From contig CAZJQC010000009.1 of assembly GCA_964548195.1 (NCBI GenBank), forward strand, positions 1 to 61,927: 61,927 nucleotides of DNA, in the 5' to 3' direction. The notes under the pieces were generated by a model. The model saw only the letters and a list, made by a program, of their open reading frames with translations. It did not search any database and was not told the DNA's origin. The position numbers and the translations under genes were made by a program. Below, one piece after another: positions 23,733-33,220 of this stretch. Origin of the DNA: an uncultured bacterium (GTDB taxonomy: Bacteria > Macinerneyibacteriota > Macinerneyibacteria > Macinerneyibacteriales > DSCS01). How positions within the stretch are numbered: the first letter of the stretch is position 1; the number at the start of each line of letters is the position of its first letter.

Positions 23733-24143
23733 ATGGTAATGACTGATCCTATAGCTGATATGCTGACACGTATTCGTAACGCGATACAGGCCAAGCATGA
23801 TTACGTAAGTGTTCCCGTTTCCAAGATCAAAGGGGACATACTGCACCTCATGAAGGATGAAGGTTACATCGAGGATTATGAGGCTGTGGATTCAAAGATC
23901 AAAAACCTGCAGATATTCAACATCAAATTGAAGTATTACGGCGGGCGCGACAAGGTGAGTGTTATCAACACTTTGAAAAGAGTAAGCAAGCCCGGATTGA
24001 GGGTTTATAAGAAAAAGGACGATATTCCCAAAGTGAATGAAGGTTTGGGAATCGCCATTGTCTCCACATCGAAGGGTATTATGACGGACAAACAGTCCCG
24101 CAAATATCAGATCGGTGGAGAGATCATTTGTTACATTTCGTAA
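23733..24143 (+). CDS. rpsH: 30S ribosomal protein S8
   Basis: [21 protein letters not shown]. Confidence 0.99.
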   Translation: MVMTDPIADMLTRIRNAIQAKHDYVSVPVSKIKGDILHLMKDEGYIEDYEAVDSKIKNLQIFNIKLKYYGGRDKVSVINTLKRVSKPGLRVYKKKDDIPKVNEGLGIAIVSTSKGIMTDKQSRKYQIGGEIICYIS

Positions 24144-24156
24144 GAGGAGGATACAG

Positions 24157-24711
24157 ATGTCAAGGATAGGTAATAGAATACTGAAAATACCGCAAGGGGT
24201 AACCGTTACCGCCTCGAAAAGCAACGAAGTGTCGGTAAAAGGACCGCTCGGACAGTTATCCAAAAAATTCGATATGGCGATGAAAATAACCGTGGAAAAT
24301 GATGAGATAAAAGTCGAAAGGCCCAATGACCTCAAGAGAAACAAGATGCTTCACGGGACTACCAATGCCCTTATCGGGGTGATGATAGAAGGTGTCGTGA
24401 ACGGTTATAAGAAGACTCTGATCATTGAGGGCGTAGGTGCCCGAGCAAGCATCAATGGAGCGACAGTCGTATTTGATATCGGATATTCGCATCCCATTGA
24501 GTACAATCCCCCCGAAGGGATCAAGATCGAAGTGGAAAAGAACACGACGGTACACGTGCAGGGCATCGACAAAGAGTTGGTTGGGCTCGAAGCTGCCAAA
24601 ATCAGGAAGTTCAGAAAGCCCACAGTATATGTTTCCGGCAAGACGAGGCAGGGCCGCGGCATCAGATATGCCGATGAGATCATCAAAACAAAAGTCGGAA
24701 AGAAAGCATAG
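24157..24711 (+). CDS. rplF: 50S ribosomal protein L6
   Basis: MSRIG, VKGPLG, GYSHP, GIDKE. Confidence 0.98.
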   Translation: MSRIGNRILKIPQGVTVTASKSNEVSVKGPLGQLSKKFDMAMKITVENDEIKVERPNDLKRNKMLHGTTNALIGVMIEGVVNGYKKTLIIEGVGARASINGATVVFDIGYSHPIEYNPPEGIKIEVEKNTTVHVQGIDKELVGLEAAKIRKFRKPTVYVSGKTRQGRGIRYADEIIKTKVGKKA

Positions 24712-24728
24712 CGTAAGGGGTGTGGCTT

Positions 24729-25109
24729 ATGAAAAAAGTGCATAAAAGAACTGACAAAAAAGTCAAAAACAGAGTGAAAAGACACCTTAGAGTCCGTAAA
24801 AAGATCTTCGGAACGAAGAAACTGCCGAGACTTGCCGTATTTAAGAGCAATTCTCACGTCTATGCTCAAATCATTGACGATGATAAAAGCGTGACGCTTG
24901 TGGCTGTATCATCATTGAATCCTGAGATCAGGGCCGGCCTGAAAAACACTTCCAATAAGGAAGCTGCTCAGGCTGTGGGTAAGAAGCTGGCGGAACTTGC
25001 CAAGGAAAAAAAGATCAAGACAGTGGTTTTTGACAGAGGAGGGTTCCTCTATCATGGCAGGATCAAGGCTTTCGCCGATGGCGCCCGTGAGGGCGGCCTA
25101 AAGTTCTAA
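24729..25109 (+). CDS. rplR: 50S ribosomal protein L18
   Basis: [20 protein letters not shown]. Confidence 0.98.
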   Translation: MKKVHKRTDKKVKNRVKRHLRVRKKIFGTKKLPRLAVFKSNSHVYAQIIDDDKSVTLVAVSSLNPEIRAGLKNTSNKEAAQAVGKKLAELAKEKKIKTVVFDRGGFLYHGRIKAFADGAREGGLKF

Positions 25110-25124
25110 CGGGGAGGAAATACC

Positions 25125-25652
25125 TTGAATAGAAGAAATCTGATATTATCACAAGATGAGATAAAGGATCTGGGATTGGAAGATATCGTCGTTCGGATCG
25201 GAAGGACCACCAAAGTCGTAAAGGGTGGACGTCGTTTCGGGTTCAACGCGCTTGTGGCCGTTGGCAACAAGAAGGGCGTTGTGGGTATCGGACTTGGCAA
25301 AGCCAAGGAAGTGCCTGATGCGATCAAAAAAGGGCTTCAGAGAGCCAGAAAGAACCTTATAAGGGTCGATCTGAAAGAAGACAGGACTCTCTGGCACAGT
25401 GTGATCGGAAGACACGGCGCTGCCAAAGTGTTGTTGAAACCCGGCAAACCCGGAACCGGCGTGATCGCCGGCGGAGCGGCTCGCGCCGTTTTGGAGCTCG
25501 CGGGGTTCAAGGATGTTTATGCCAAAAGTCTGGGATCGAACAATCCTCATAACCTTATCAGGGCTACCATAAAAGGGTTGCTGCTGCTTGACAGTCCCGT
25601 GCAGGTCGCTCAAAAAAGAGGCAAGACCGTTGCGGAAATTCTCGGCGACTGA
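25125..25652 (+). CDS. rpsE: 30S ribosomal protein S5 (TTG start)
   Basis: [17 protein letters not shown]. Confidence 0.98.
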   Translation: MNRRNLILSQDEIKDLGLEDIVVRIGRTTKVVKGGRRFGFNALVAVGNKKGVVGIGLGKAKEVPDAIKKGLQRARKNLIRVDLKEDRTLWHSVIGRHGAAKVLLKPGKPGTGVIAGGAARAVLELAGFKDVYAKSLGSNNPHNLIRATIKGLLLLDSPVQVAQKRGKTVAEILGD

Positions 25653-25669
25653 GCTTGGAGGAGGCGGAA

Positions 25670-25864
25670 ATGGCTAAGAAAAAAGTAAAAAAGATTCAGG
25701 TCAAGCTGGTCGGAAGCGTTATCGGAAGGCCTGAGAAACAAAGAAGAACAGTCAAGGCACTGGGTCTGGGTAAGATCAATTCCGTAAGAGAACATGATGA
25801 TACTCCTGAGATCCGCGGAATGATAAACAAGATCTCGCATCTTGTAACGGTTATCGAGGAATAG
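25670..25864 (+). CDS. rpmD: 50S ribosomal protein L30
   Basis: [22 protein letters not shown]. Confidence 0.97.
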   Translation: MAKKKVKKIQVKLVGSVIGRPEKQRRTVKALGLGKINSVREHDDTPEIRGMINKISHLVTVIEE

Positions 25865-25874
25865 GGGGGTAGTC

Positions 25875-26321
25875 ATGAGTACAAGATTAAGTGAACTGAA
25901 ACCCGCCGAGGGTTCCAAGAAGGGGCTCAGAAGAGTCGGACGAGGCAACGGATCCGGCTGGGGATGTACTTCCGGACGGGGAAACAACGGTCAGAAATCC
26001 AGATCGGGTTATTCCAGGCGTTTCGGCTTTGAAGGCGGACAGATGCCTCTGTACAGAAGGATTCCCAAAAGAGGTTTCAAGAATCCTTTTAGAAAAGTAT
26101 ATGATGTTGTCAACATCGAAGATCTTCAGAGGGTCGAGGGCGAAGTGATAACTGTCGAAGCCATGAAAAAAGCCGGCCTTGTCAGGATAAACTCCACTCT
26201 TGTTAAGATACTGGGCAACGGTGAGATTGAAAAAGCCGTTACAGTGGAAGCGCATAAATTCACCAGGTCCGCACTCGATAAAATTGAAAAAGCAGGTGGC
26301 AGGGCTCAGGTGGTAGAATGA
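25875..26321 (+). CDS. rplO: 50S ribosomal protein L15
   Basis: RVGRGNGSG, FEGGQMPLYRRIPKRGF. Confidence 0.99.
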   Translation: MSTRLSELKPAEGSKKGLRRVGRGNGSGWGCTSGRGNNGQKSRSGYSRRFGFEGGQMPLYRRIPKRGFKNPFRKVYDVVNIEDLQRVEGEVITVEAMKKAGLVRINSTLVKILGNGEIEKAVTVEAHKFTRSALDKIEKAGGRAQVVE

Positions 26322-27631
26322 TAGCGAGTCTGAAGAACGTATTTAAGATAGAAGAGCTGAGGACGAAGATATTCTATACCTTTCTTCTCCTTTTCGTTTA
26401 CAGGCTGGTGGCGCATGTTCCCACTCCCGGCATAGATTTTACCGCTCTTTCGGAATATTTTACCGCAAGCGCGGCAAAGGGACAGGGAATACTCGGACTG
26501 CTTGACGTGTTCGCCGGAGGCGCTTTGCGCAGGGCGACAGTACTGGCACTGGGTATCATGCCCTATATCAGTGCATCCATCATACTGCAGCTTTTGACTG
26601 CCGTTGTGCCTGCGCTTGAGAAACTTGCCAAGGAAGGCGAACTGGGACGAAAGAAGATCAACCAGTATACAAGGTATCTGACCGTCCTTATAACGCTGTT
26701 TCAGTCTCTGGCATTGGCCAGATGGCTTAACAGCAACGGTTTTGTGCCCAATTACAATACCTCTTTTCTTCTGATGACCATGGTCACCATGACGGCCGGG
26801 ACGATGTTTGTCCTCTGGATCGGAGAGCTGATCACGAAGAAGGGTATTGGAAACGGCGTGTCACTGATAATCTTTGCGGGTATTGTCGCCAGGTTCCCCA
26901 ACGCTGTCATACAGACCATAGGTCTTGTGGTAGAGGGGAAAAGGCTGAACCTGATGGAACTGGCGCTTATGGCGGCGATGATGTTTGCAGTCGTCTATTT
27001 CATAGTGCTGATACAGGAAGGGCAGCGAAAGATAACGGTACAGTATCCCAAACGCATCGTGGGCAGAAAGATGACGGTCGGACAGACCACATACCTGCCT
27101 TTAAAAGTGAACCAGGCCGGTGTAATACCGATCATCTTTGCTTCATCCATACTGATGTTTCCTGGCACAATAGCTCAGTTTGCCGGCAGCAAAAGCGTGT
27201 TCTGGAGCAAGGTGGCCAGGGTGTTTGACTACGGAAGCTCCACGTATATACTTGTATTTGTGGGACTTATCGTGTTCTTCACCTATTTTTACACGGCGAT
27301 CACACTGAACCCCATTGATGTGGCCGACAATCTCAAGAAAAGCGGCGGGTTTATACCCGGCGTGAGGCCGGGAAAAGCCACATCCGATTATGTGAACTAT
27401 ATACTTAACAGGATAGCTCTGCCGGGAGCGGTGTTTCTCGGCGCCATTGCCGTACTGCCGATAATACTTTACAGCAGGCTTAACCTGCCCTTTTATTTCG
27501 GCGGCACATCGTTGCTGATAGCGGTAGGTGTGGGGCTTGACACGATGAAACAGATAGAGGCCCATCTGCTGATGAGGCATTATGACGGATTTACCAAGAA
27601 AGGTCGTTTGGGCAAACCCCGGAGGTACTGA
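26318..27631 (+). CDS. secY: Preprotein translocase SecY
   Basis: LGIMPYISASII, GIGNGVSLIIF, IPGVRPG. Confidence 0.99.
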   Translation: MIASLKNVFKIEELRTKIFYTFLLLFVYRLVAHVPTPGIDFTALSEYFTASAAKGQGILGLLDVFAGGALRRATVLALGIMPYISASIILQLLTAVVPALEKLAKEGELGRKKINQYTRYLTVLITLFQSLALARWLNSNGFVPNYNTSFLLMTMVTMTAGTMFVLWIGELITKKGIGNGVSLIIFAGIVARFPNAVIQTIGLVVEGKRLNLMELALMAAMMFAVVYFIVLIQEGQRKITVQYPKRIVGRKMTVGQTTYLPLKVNQAGVIPIIFASSILMFPGTIAQFAGSKSVFWSKVARVFDYGSSTYILVFVGLIVFFTYFYTAITLNPIDVADNLKKSGGFIPGVRPGKATSDYVNYILNRIALPGAVFLGAIAVLPIILYSRLNLPFYFGGTSLLIAVGVGLDTMKQIEAHLLMRHYDGFTKKGRLGKPRRY

Positions 27632-27633
27632 CA

Positions 27634-28263
27634 ATGAAATTCGTTTTCCTGGGACCTCCGGGGGCCGGAAAAGGGACCCAGGCGGATTATATATCGGAAG
27701 ATCTGTCCATTGAGCATATTTCCACGGGAGAACTCCTCAGACAGGAGATCTCCCTGGGAACGGCTTTGGGCGAAAAGGCCAGGAGTTTTGTGGAATCCGG
27801 GGAACTGGTGCCTGATGATATAGTGATTGAGATCATCAAGGAGCATTTTTCGGAGGACGCAGGCAGAAGCTTTATACTTGATGGTTTCCCCCGGAACCGG
27901 GCTCAGGCAGTCAGCCTTGAAGAGCATGGCATAGATGTGAACAAGGTGTTTTTTTTCGATGTAAGCGAAAAAGTCGTGATCGAAAGACTGGGAGGAAGAC
28001 TTTACTGCCCTGTGTGCAAGAAGTTTTACCACAAAGATTACCGTCCACCCGTGCGCGAGGGCGTGTGCGACAGCTGTGGCGGGGATCTGATGCGCAGAGC
28101 GGACGATGAGCCCGCGTCCATAGAAAACAGGCTCAAGGTGTATATGGAGAAGACCCACCCCCTCATACGTTTTTACGAGGACAAGGGTGTTCTTGAGCAT
28201 ATAGACGGAGACAGGCCCGCCGGGGAGATCCGACGGGAACTTAACGCGAGGATAACCGGGTGA
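27634..28263 (+). CDS. adk: Adenylate kinase (Cys4 LID)
   Basis: GPPGAGKGTQ, LDGFPR, CPVC...CDSC. Confidence 0.97.
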   Translation: MKFVFLGPPGAGKGTQADYISEDLSIEHISTGELLRQEISLGTALGEKARSFVESGELVPDDIVIEIIKEHFSEDAGRSFILDGFPRNRAQAVSLEEHGIDVNKVFFFDVSEKVVIERLGGRLYCPVCKKFYHKDYRPPVREGVCDSCGGDLMRRADDEPASIENRLKVYMEKTHPLIRFYEDKGVLEHIDGDRPAGEIRRELNARITG

Positions 28264-29027
28264 AGAAATTTTCTTTGAAGAAGATGAAAACGGCGAATGC
28301 CGTGATAGCCGACCTGCTGGCGGAAGCCGCCGGCATGGTAAGGCCGGGGGTCTCCACAGCAGAACTGGACGGCTGGGCTGAGGAGTTTATACTTTCCAGG
28401 GGTGCTAAACCGGCATTCAAAGGATTGTACGGGTTTCCCGCCACATTATGCGTGTCCGTGAATGATGAGATCATACACGGCATACCCTCCGATGAGCGTA
28501 TACTTTGCGATGGGGACATTGTGAGCATCGATGTGGGCGCCGTGGTTGAAGGTCATTACGCTGATGCGGCCAGGACATTTCCGGTTGGGGACGTGGACGC
28601 GGAGCTTCGGAGACTGATCGATGTGACGGCCGTTTCTTTTGACAAAGCGCTTGAGGTGTGTCTGCCCGGAAACAGGATAGGGGATCTGGGATTTGCAATA
28701 CAGTCGTATGTGGAGGAGAACGGTTTTACCGTCATCCGCGATTATGTGGGCCACGGTATAGGAAGAGAACCTCACATGGCTCCGGAAATACCCAATTTTG
28801 GCAGACCGGGCACCGGTCCCGTTATCAGGCCCGGCATGTGTCTTGCCATAGAGCCCATGGTGGTTACCGGCGGTTGGGATGTAAATGTGCTGGAAGATTT
28901 TTGGACAGTTAAGACCGCCGACGGGGGCTATGCCTCTCACCATGAGAACACGGTCTATGTCGGAGAAGGAGGAGCCATAGTGCTTACCGATCACAGTTAT
29001 AAGGGGAATTATGTCGAAGAACACTGA
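28260..29027 (+). CDS. map: Methionine aminopeptidase type I (GTG start)
   Basis: [25 protein letters not shown]. Confidence 0.96.
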   Translation: MKKFSLKKMKTANAVIADLLAEAAGMVRPGVSTAELDGWAEEFILSRGAKPAFKGLYGFPATLCVSVNDEIIHGIPSDERILCDGDIVSIDVGAVVEGHYADAARTFPVGDVDAELRRLIDVTAVSFDKALEVCLPGNRIGDLGFAIQSYVEENGFTVIRDYVGHGIGREPHMAPEIPNFGRPGTGPVIRPGMCLAIEPMVVTGGWDVNVLEDFWTVKTADGGYASHHENTVYVGEGGAIVLTDHSYKGNYVEEH

Positions 29028-29235
29028 ACAAGTTTTTGTCATCGACGGAACTGTCACTGAGCAGCTGCCCAATGCGATGTTCAGGGTCAAACTCGAAAAT
29101 GAGATAAGCATAATATGCCACGTTTCCGGCAAGATGAGGATGTTTAACATCAGGATCCTTCCCGGGGACAAGGTAAAAGTGGAGATCACGCCATATGATC
29201 CCTCAAAAGGCAGAATAGTTTACAGATATAAATAA
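29011..29235 (+). CDS. infA: Translation initiation factor IF-1
   Basis: [20 protein letters not shown]. Confidence 0.98.
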   Translation: MSKNTEQVFVIDGTVTEQLPNAMFRVKLENEISIICHVSGKMRMFNIRILPGDKVKVEITPYDPSKGRIVYRYK

Positions 29236-29243
29236 AAAATGAG

Positions 29244-29272
29244 TTGACAGTATAAGGGTGCTAATATAAAAT
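29244..29272 (+). promoter_or_regulatory. sigma70-type promoter upstream of rpmJ/alpha operon
   Basis: TTGACA-17 nt-TAAAAT. Confidence 0.8.
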
Positions 29273-29299
29273 TCAGACCCGAGGCCAAGGAGGTAAGAG

Positions 29300-29413
29300 A
29301 TGAAAGTCAGGGCATCAGTTAAAAAGATGTGTGACAAATGCAAGATAATCAAGAGAAAAGGCAAAGTAATGGTCATCTGCGAGAATCCGAAACACAAGCA
29401 GAGACAAGGCTGA
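29300..29413 (+). CDS. rpmJ: 50S ribosomal protein L36 (C+), absent from ORF track
   Basis: Manual translation [37 protein letters not shown]. Confidence 0.98.
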   Translation: MKVRASVKKMCDKCKIIKRKGKVMVICENPKHKQRQG

Positions 29414-29427
29414 AAGGAGGTTAGGAC

Positions 29428-29796
29428 GTGGCCAGAATCGCTGGAGTGGATCTTCCTAAGAACAAGCGCATAGAAATCGGCCTGACATATATCTTTGGTA
29501 TTGGCAGAACATCTTCCAATAAGATATTAAGCAGTGTGGGTATTGACCCAGATAAGAAGGTAAAAGATCTTTCTGAGTCCGAAGTCGCTTCCCTTAGAGG
29601 TGAGATCGAGAGTAATTACAGAGTTGAAGGAAACCTGAGGACCGAGATCTCTATGAATATAAAGAGGCTCATAGAAATCGGTTGCTATCGTGGTGTAAGG
29701 CACAGAATGGGGTTGCCCGTGCGTGGTCAGAAGACAAAGACCAATGCAAGGACAAGAAAAGGCCCCGCCAAGGCTGTCGCCAAAAAGAAAAAATAA
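29428..29796 (+). CDS. rpsM: 30S ribosomal protein S13 (GTG start)
   Basis: [23 protein letters not shown]. Confidence 0.99.
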   Translation: MARIAGVDLPKNKRIEIGLTYIFGIGRTSSNKILSSVGIDPDKKVKDLSESEVASLRGEIESNYRVEGNLRTEISMNIKRLIEIGCYRGVRHRMGLPVRGQKTKTNARTRKGPAKAVAKKKK

Positions 29797-29808
29797 GGAG
29801 GAAGGGAC

Positions 29809-30201
29809 TTGGCTAAAGGAAAAAGCGTAGTACGCAAGAAAAAGATTAAAAAGAGAGTCAGTTCTGCCGTTGCCAAGATCAAGGCGACGTTTAACAACAC
29901 CATTATCACCATCATTGATGATAAGGGAGAAGTACTGACATGGCAGAGCGGCGGAACCGTCGGATATTCCGGATCCAAAAAGTCCACACCCTTTGCTTCG
30001 CAGATCGCTGCGGAGAATTGCCTGAAGGTGATGAAGGATATGGGAATAAGGACATTGGAAGTCAATTATGCCGGTCCGGGGCCGGGCAGGGAACCTGCCA
30101 TAAAAGTGTTCCAGAACTCAGAGATCAGAGTAACCGGTATTAAAGATGAGACGCCGGTGCCGTACAACGGATGTAAACTTAAAAAGAGAAAAAGAGCATA
30201 A
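29809..30201 (+). CDS. rpsK: 30S ribosomal protein S11 (TTG start)
   Basis: TFNNTI, KSTPFA, GPGPGRE. Confidence 0.98.
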   Translation: MAKGKSVVRKKKIKKRVSSAVAKIKATFNNTIITIIDDKGEVLTWQSGGTVGYSGSKKSTPFASQIAAENCLKVMKDMGIRTLEVNYAGPGPGREPAIKVFQNSEIRVTGIKDETPVPYNGCKLKKRKRA

Positions 30202-30226
30202 CAAACATTGACGAAGGAGGAAGATC

Positions 30227-30859
30227 ATGGCTAAACATACCGGCCCAGTTTGTAAACTTTGTCGTCGGGAAGGCGCGAAGCTTTTCCTAAAGGGCGACAG
30301 ATGTCATTCACCGAAGTGCGCGTTGGAAAGACACCCTTATCCGCCCGGACTTCACGGCAAAAACACTCTCAGAAGAAAACACAGTGATTATGCGACTCAT
30401 TTGAGAGAAAAACAAAAAGTCAAAAGAATGTATTTCCTTATGGAGAAACAGTTCAAGAATTACTATGAGATGGCTGACGCCAAAAAAGGCGTAACCGGGA
30501 CCAATCTTCTTGAGTTCCTGGAAAGACGTTTGGACAATGTTGTGTTCAAGCTTAACTTTGCACCGTCACGCCCCGCGGCGAGGCAGCTGGTCAACCACGG
30601 TCATTTTATGGTAAACGGCAAAAAAGTGAATATTCCATCCTACCTTATCAATGAAGGGGATGTTATTGAAATAAAGGAAAACAGCAAGAAGAACAGTATA
30701 TTTAAAGTGGCGATGGAGATCGCGAAACAGAACGGAACAGCCGAATGGCTTGAGGTCGAACCCGACAAATTTAAAGGAATCGTTAAGAGAATGCCCACTA
30801 GAGAAGAAATGCCTCTTGATATTCAGGAGAACCTCATAGTCGAGTTCTATTCAAAATAA
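30227..30859 (+). CDS. rpsD: 30S ribosomal protein S4 (Cys4 N-terminus)
   Basis: CKLCRREG..C...KC, LERRLDNVV. Confidence 0.99.
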   Translation: MAKHTGPVCKLCRREGAKLFLKGDRCHSPKCALERHPYPPGLHGKNTLRRKHSDYATHLREKQKVKRMYFLMEKQFKNYYEMADAKKGVTGTNLLEFLERRLDNVVFKLNFAPSRPAARQLVNHGHFMVNGKKVNIPSYLINEGDVIEIKENSKKNSIFKVAMEIAKQNGTAEWLEVEPDKFKGIVKRMPTREEMPLDIQENLIVEFYSK

Positions 30860-30872
30860 AGACGGAGGATTC

Positions 30873-31847
30873 ATGAAGTGGATTAATCTCGAACGTCCCA
30901 AAAGACTTGAATGGGATAAGGATACGAAAACCGAAAGTTACGGAAGGTTTACCATTGAACCCTTTGAAAAGGGTTTCGGCATAACGCTTGGTAATGCCGT
31001 GAGAAGGACAATGCTCTCGTATATACAGGGCACAGGGCTCGTAGGAGTCAGGGTCGATGGTGTGGCTCATGAATTCACCTCGATCAATAACATGAAGGAA
31101 GACGTCCTTGATGTTATTATGAACCTGAAGAAAATGAGGGTGAAGTACACCGGAGACGGGCTGAAAACGCTGCGTTTCACGGCCAAGGGCCCCTGCCAGG
31201 TGTTCGCCAGGGATTTTGACAACCTTGACTCGGAACTTGAAGTCATGAGCAAGGATTGTTATATCTGTGAGCTGAGCGAAGGCGGGAAGCTGGTCATGGA
31301 CCTTTACTATGATCACGGACTGGGATATAAGCCTGCGGAAGAACATTCGTACGAAGACCTGCCTGTGGATTTCATAGCGGTGGATACAGTTTACACGCCG
31401 GTGGTCAATGTCAACTTTGATGTGGATCACGCACTTGTTGGTAAAAGTGTCGATTACGACAAACTTACGATGGAGATAGTCACCGATGGAAGCATTACCC
31501 CGGACACCGTCCTGAAGAGAAGCGTGCGGATAGTAAAACAGTATCTTGACGCCTTTGAAGAGGACAGTGAAGGGATAGAGTATCCGTTGGAGGAGGCCAA
31601 GGACGATAATTCCGCGGTAAGATCCCTGCTTGTGAAAAGTGTGGAGGAGATGGAATTATCAGTGAGGGCCGCCAACTGTCTTAAAAATGCCGGTATCAAA
31701 TCCATCGGCGAGCTGGTACAGAAAAGCGAACCCGAAATGCTCAAATACCGTAATTTCGGAAAGAAATCCCTGGAAGAGATAAAGGAGCTTCTTATTGAGA
31801 TGAACCTCTCTTTCGGCATGGATTTGAGCGATTTAACGGACAAATAG
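30873..31847 (+). CDS. rpoA: RNA polymerase alpha subunit
   Basis: EPFEKGFGITLGNAVRR, LSVRAANCL, NFGKKSLEEI. Confidence 0.99.
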   Translation: MKWINLERPKRLEWDKDTKTESYGRFTIEPFEKGFGITLGNAVRRTMLSYIQGTGLVGVRVDGVAHEFTSINNMKEDVLDVIMNLKKMRVKYTGDGLKTLRFTAKGPCQVFARDFDNLDSELEVMSKDCYICELSEGGKLVMDLYYDHGLGYKPAEEHSYEDLPVDFIAVDTVYTPVVNVNFDVDHALVGKSVDYDKLTMEIVTDGSITPDTVLKRSVRIVKQYLDAFEEDSEGIEYPLEEAKDDNSAVRSLLVKSVEEMELSVRAANCLKNAGIKSIGELVQKSEPEMLKYRNFGKKSLEEIKELLIEMNLSFGMDLSDLTDK

Positions 31848-31869
31848 ATCGAGGGGAAGGTGAAACAAT

Positions 31870-32256
31870 ATGCGTCATAGAGTGAAATCCGTACGCCTGG
31901 GGAGAAATACCTCATCACGTAAAGCTCTGTTAAGAAATATGGCTACCTCGCTGATCATAAGCGAAAGGATCGAAACCACTGAGGTCAAAGCGAAACAAAT
32001 ACGCTCTTATGTGGAAAAACTCGTGACTTTGGGTAAAAAAGATACTCTTCATGCGAGAAGAATAGCGGCGGCAAGACTGTTCGGCAAAGAGGCCGTGCAG
32101 AAGTTGTTCGCTGAGATCGCTCCCAGATTCACCGCCAGAAGCGGCGGATATCTTGCGATGTATAAAACCAGTATGAGACGCGGAGATGCCACACAGATGG
32201 CAATACTCGAATTCGTAGAGAAAGCGGAAGAGACTAAGACCAAAGAAAAGAAATAA
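31870..32256 (+). CDS. rplQ: 50S ribosomal protein L17
   Basis: MRHR, IETTEVKAK, RRGD. Confidence 0.99.
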   Translation: MRHRVKSVRLGRNTSSRKALLRNMATSLIISERIETTEVKAKQIRSYVEKLVTLGKKDTLHARRIAAARLFGKEAVQKLFAEIAPRFTARSGGYLAMYKTSMRRGDATQMAILEFVEKAEETKTKEKK

Positions 32257-32262
32257 ATATCT

Positions 32263-32583
32263 ATGACTAAAAACGTCATGGGAGTGATTGTCTGGCTGGC
32301 CCTTACCGTCGTCTTGGCGGTATGGGTCGCCAACAGCGCTGTTCATCTGAAAAATCTCTGGAACATGAAACATTATAAACACGCGCTCCTTAAGGAGCGA
32401 GAGACGCTGATGATCGAAAATTCGGCGCTTGAGGCTGAATTGGAATCGCTGCGCGAGTATGATTATATGAAAGAACGCATTGCCAGATTCAAGCTGGGAT
32501 TGAAGAGAAAAGGCGAAAAGGTCATTAAGGTCAAGAATTTCGTTGACAATAAAAACAAAGATAGTTATACTGCGACTCGATGA
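32263..32583 (+). CDS. FtsB/DivIC(FtsL)-like septum formation initiator
   Basis: N-terminal TM, coiled coil, then ERIARFKLGLKRKGE resembling the E..AR..LG....GE signature. Confidence 0.7.
   Translation: MTKNVMGVIVWLALTVVLAVWVANSAVHLKNLWNMKHYKHALLKERETLMIENSALEAELESLREYDYMKERIARFKLGLKRKGEKVIKVKNFVDNKNKDSYTATR
32543..32571 (+). promoter_or_regulatory. sigma70-type promoter for the tRNA pair, inside the upstream CDS
   Basis: TTGACA-17 nt-TATACT, 12 nt before tRNA-fMet. Confidence 0.8.
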
Positions 32584-32656
32584 CGCGGGGTAGAGCAGTT
32601 GGAAGCTCGTCGGGCTCATAACCCGGAGGTCGTAGGTTCAAATCCTACCCCCGCAA
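32584..32656 (+). tRNA. Initiator tRNA-fMet(CAT)
   Basis: CGCGGGG/CCCCGCA with C1:A72 mismatch; GGG/CCC in anticodon stem; CTCATAA loop. Confidence 0.96.
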
Positions 32657-32675
32657 TCTTTTTTTTCCACCAAAT

Positions 32676-32749
32676 GGCGGGATAGCTCAGCTGGCTAGAG
32701 CGTACGGTTCATACCCGTAAGGTCCCCAGTTCGATTCTGGGTCCCGCTA
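32676..32749 (+). tRNA. Elongator tRNA-Met(CAT)
   Basis: GGCGGGA/TCCCGCT acceptor; TACGG-TTCATAC-CCGTA anticodon arm. Confidence 0.93.
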
Positions 32750-33166
32750 TTTTCTTTTATATTCTATTGTGACATCACATATTTCCGGCAATATCTGCGT
32801 CAGATCGTCTATTGAAGACAGGTCGCTGTCCTTTCCCTCATGGTGATAGACCATGACAGACGCGGCGGATTTGATCGTCACCGATTTGTTTCTGATCTCT
32901 ATTACCCTAAGCTGGGACAGGGGGGTGGCCAGATTGTTGACTGTCAGATGGGTGCTGCCGAGCACTATGTATTCAAGGTTGATGTAGGTTAGGGCGAAGA
33001 AAAGGTCAAAGATGCCGAACACGATCCCGCCCCAGATGAAGATATGGCTTCCGGTCTTGAGGCCGAAGATGACACCCAGGGCCGCGATGATCACGGCAGC
33101 GCCGGAAAGAGCTTTTTTTATGAGAGAGTTCTTTTTTTTGTCGGAAAAAAACCATTGTCGGTCCAT
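32747..33166 (-). CDS. Hypothetical 2-TM membrane protein (139 aa)
   Basis: AAGGAGG SD before ATG 33166; two hydrophobic helices then a beta-rich tail; own promoter. Confidence 0.8.
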   Translation of the reverse strand: MDRQWFFSDKKKNSLIKKALSGAAVIIAALGVIFGLKTGSHIFIWGGIVFGIFDLFFALTYINLEYIVLGSTHLTVNNLATPLSQLRVIEIRNKSVTIKSAASVMVYHHEGKDSDLSSIDDLTQILPEICDVTIEYKRK

Positions 33167-33192
33167 GCCAACCTCCTTGTACAACTAATGCC

Positions 33193-33220
33193 ATTATACA
33201 CCAAATAGCCATAGTGTAAA
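33193..33220 (-). promoter_or_regulatory. sigma70-type promoter for 32747..33166
   Basis: TTTACA-16 nt-TATAAT on the minus strand. Confidence 0.65.
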
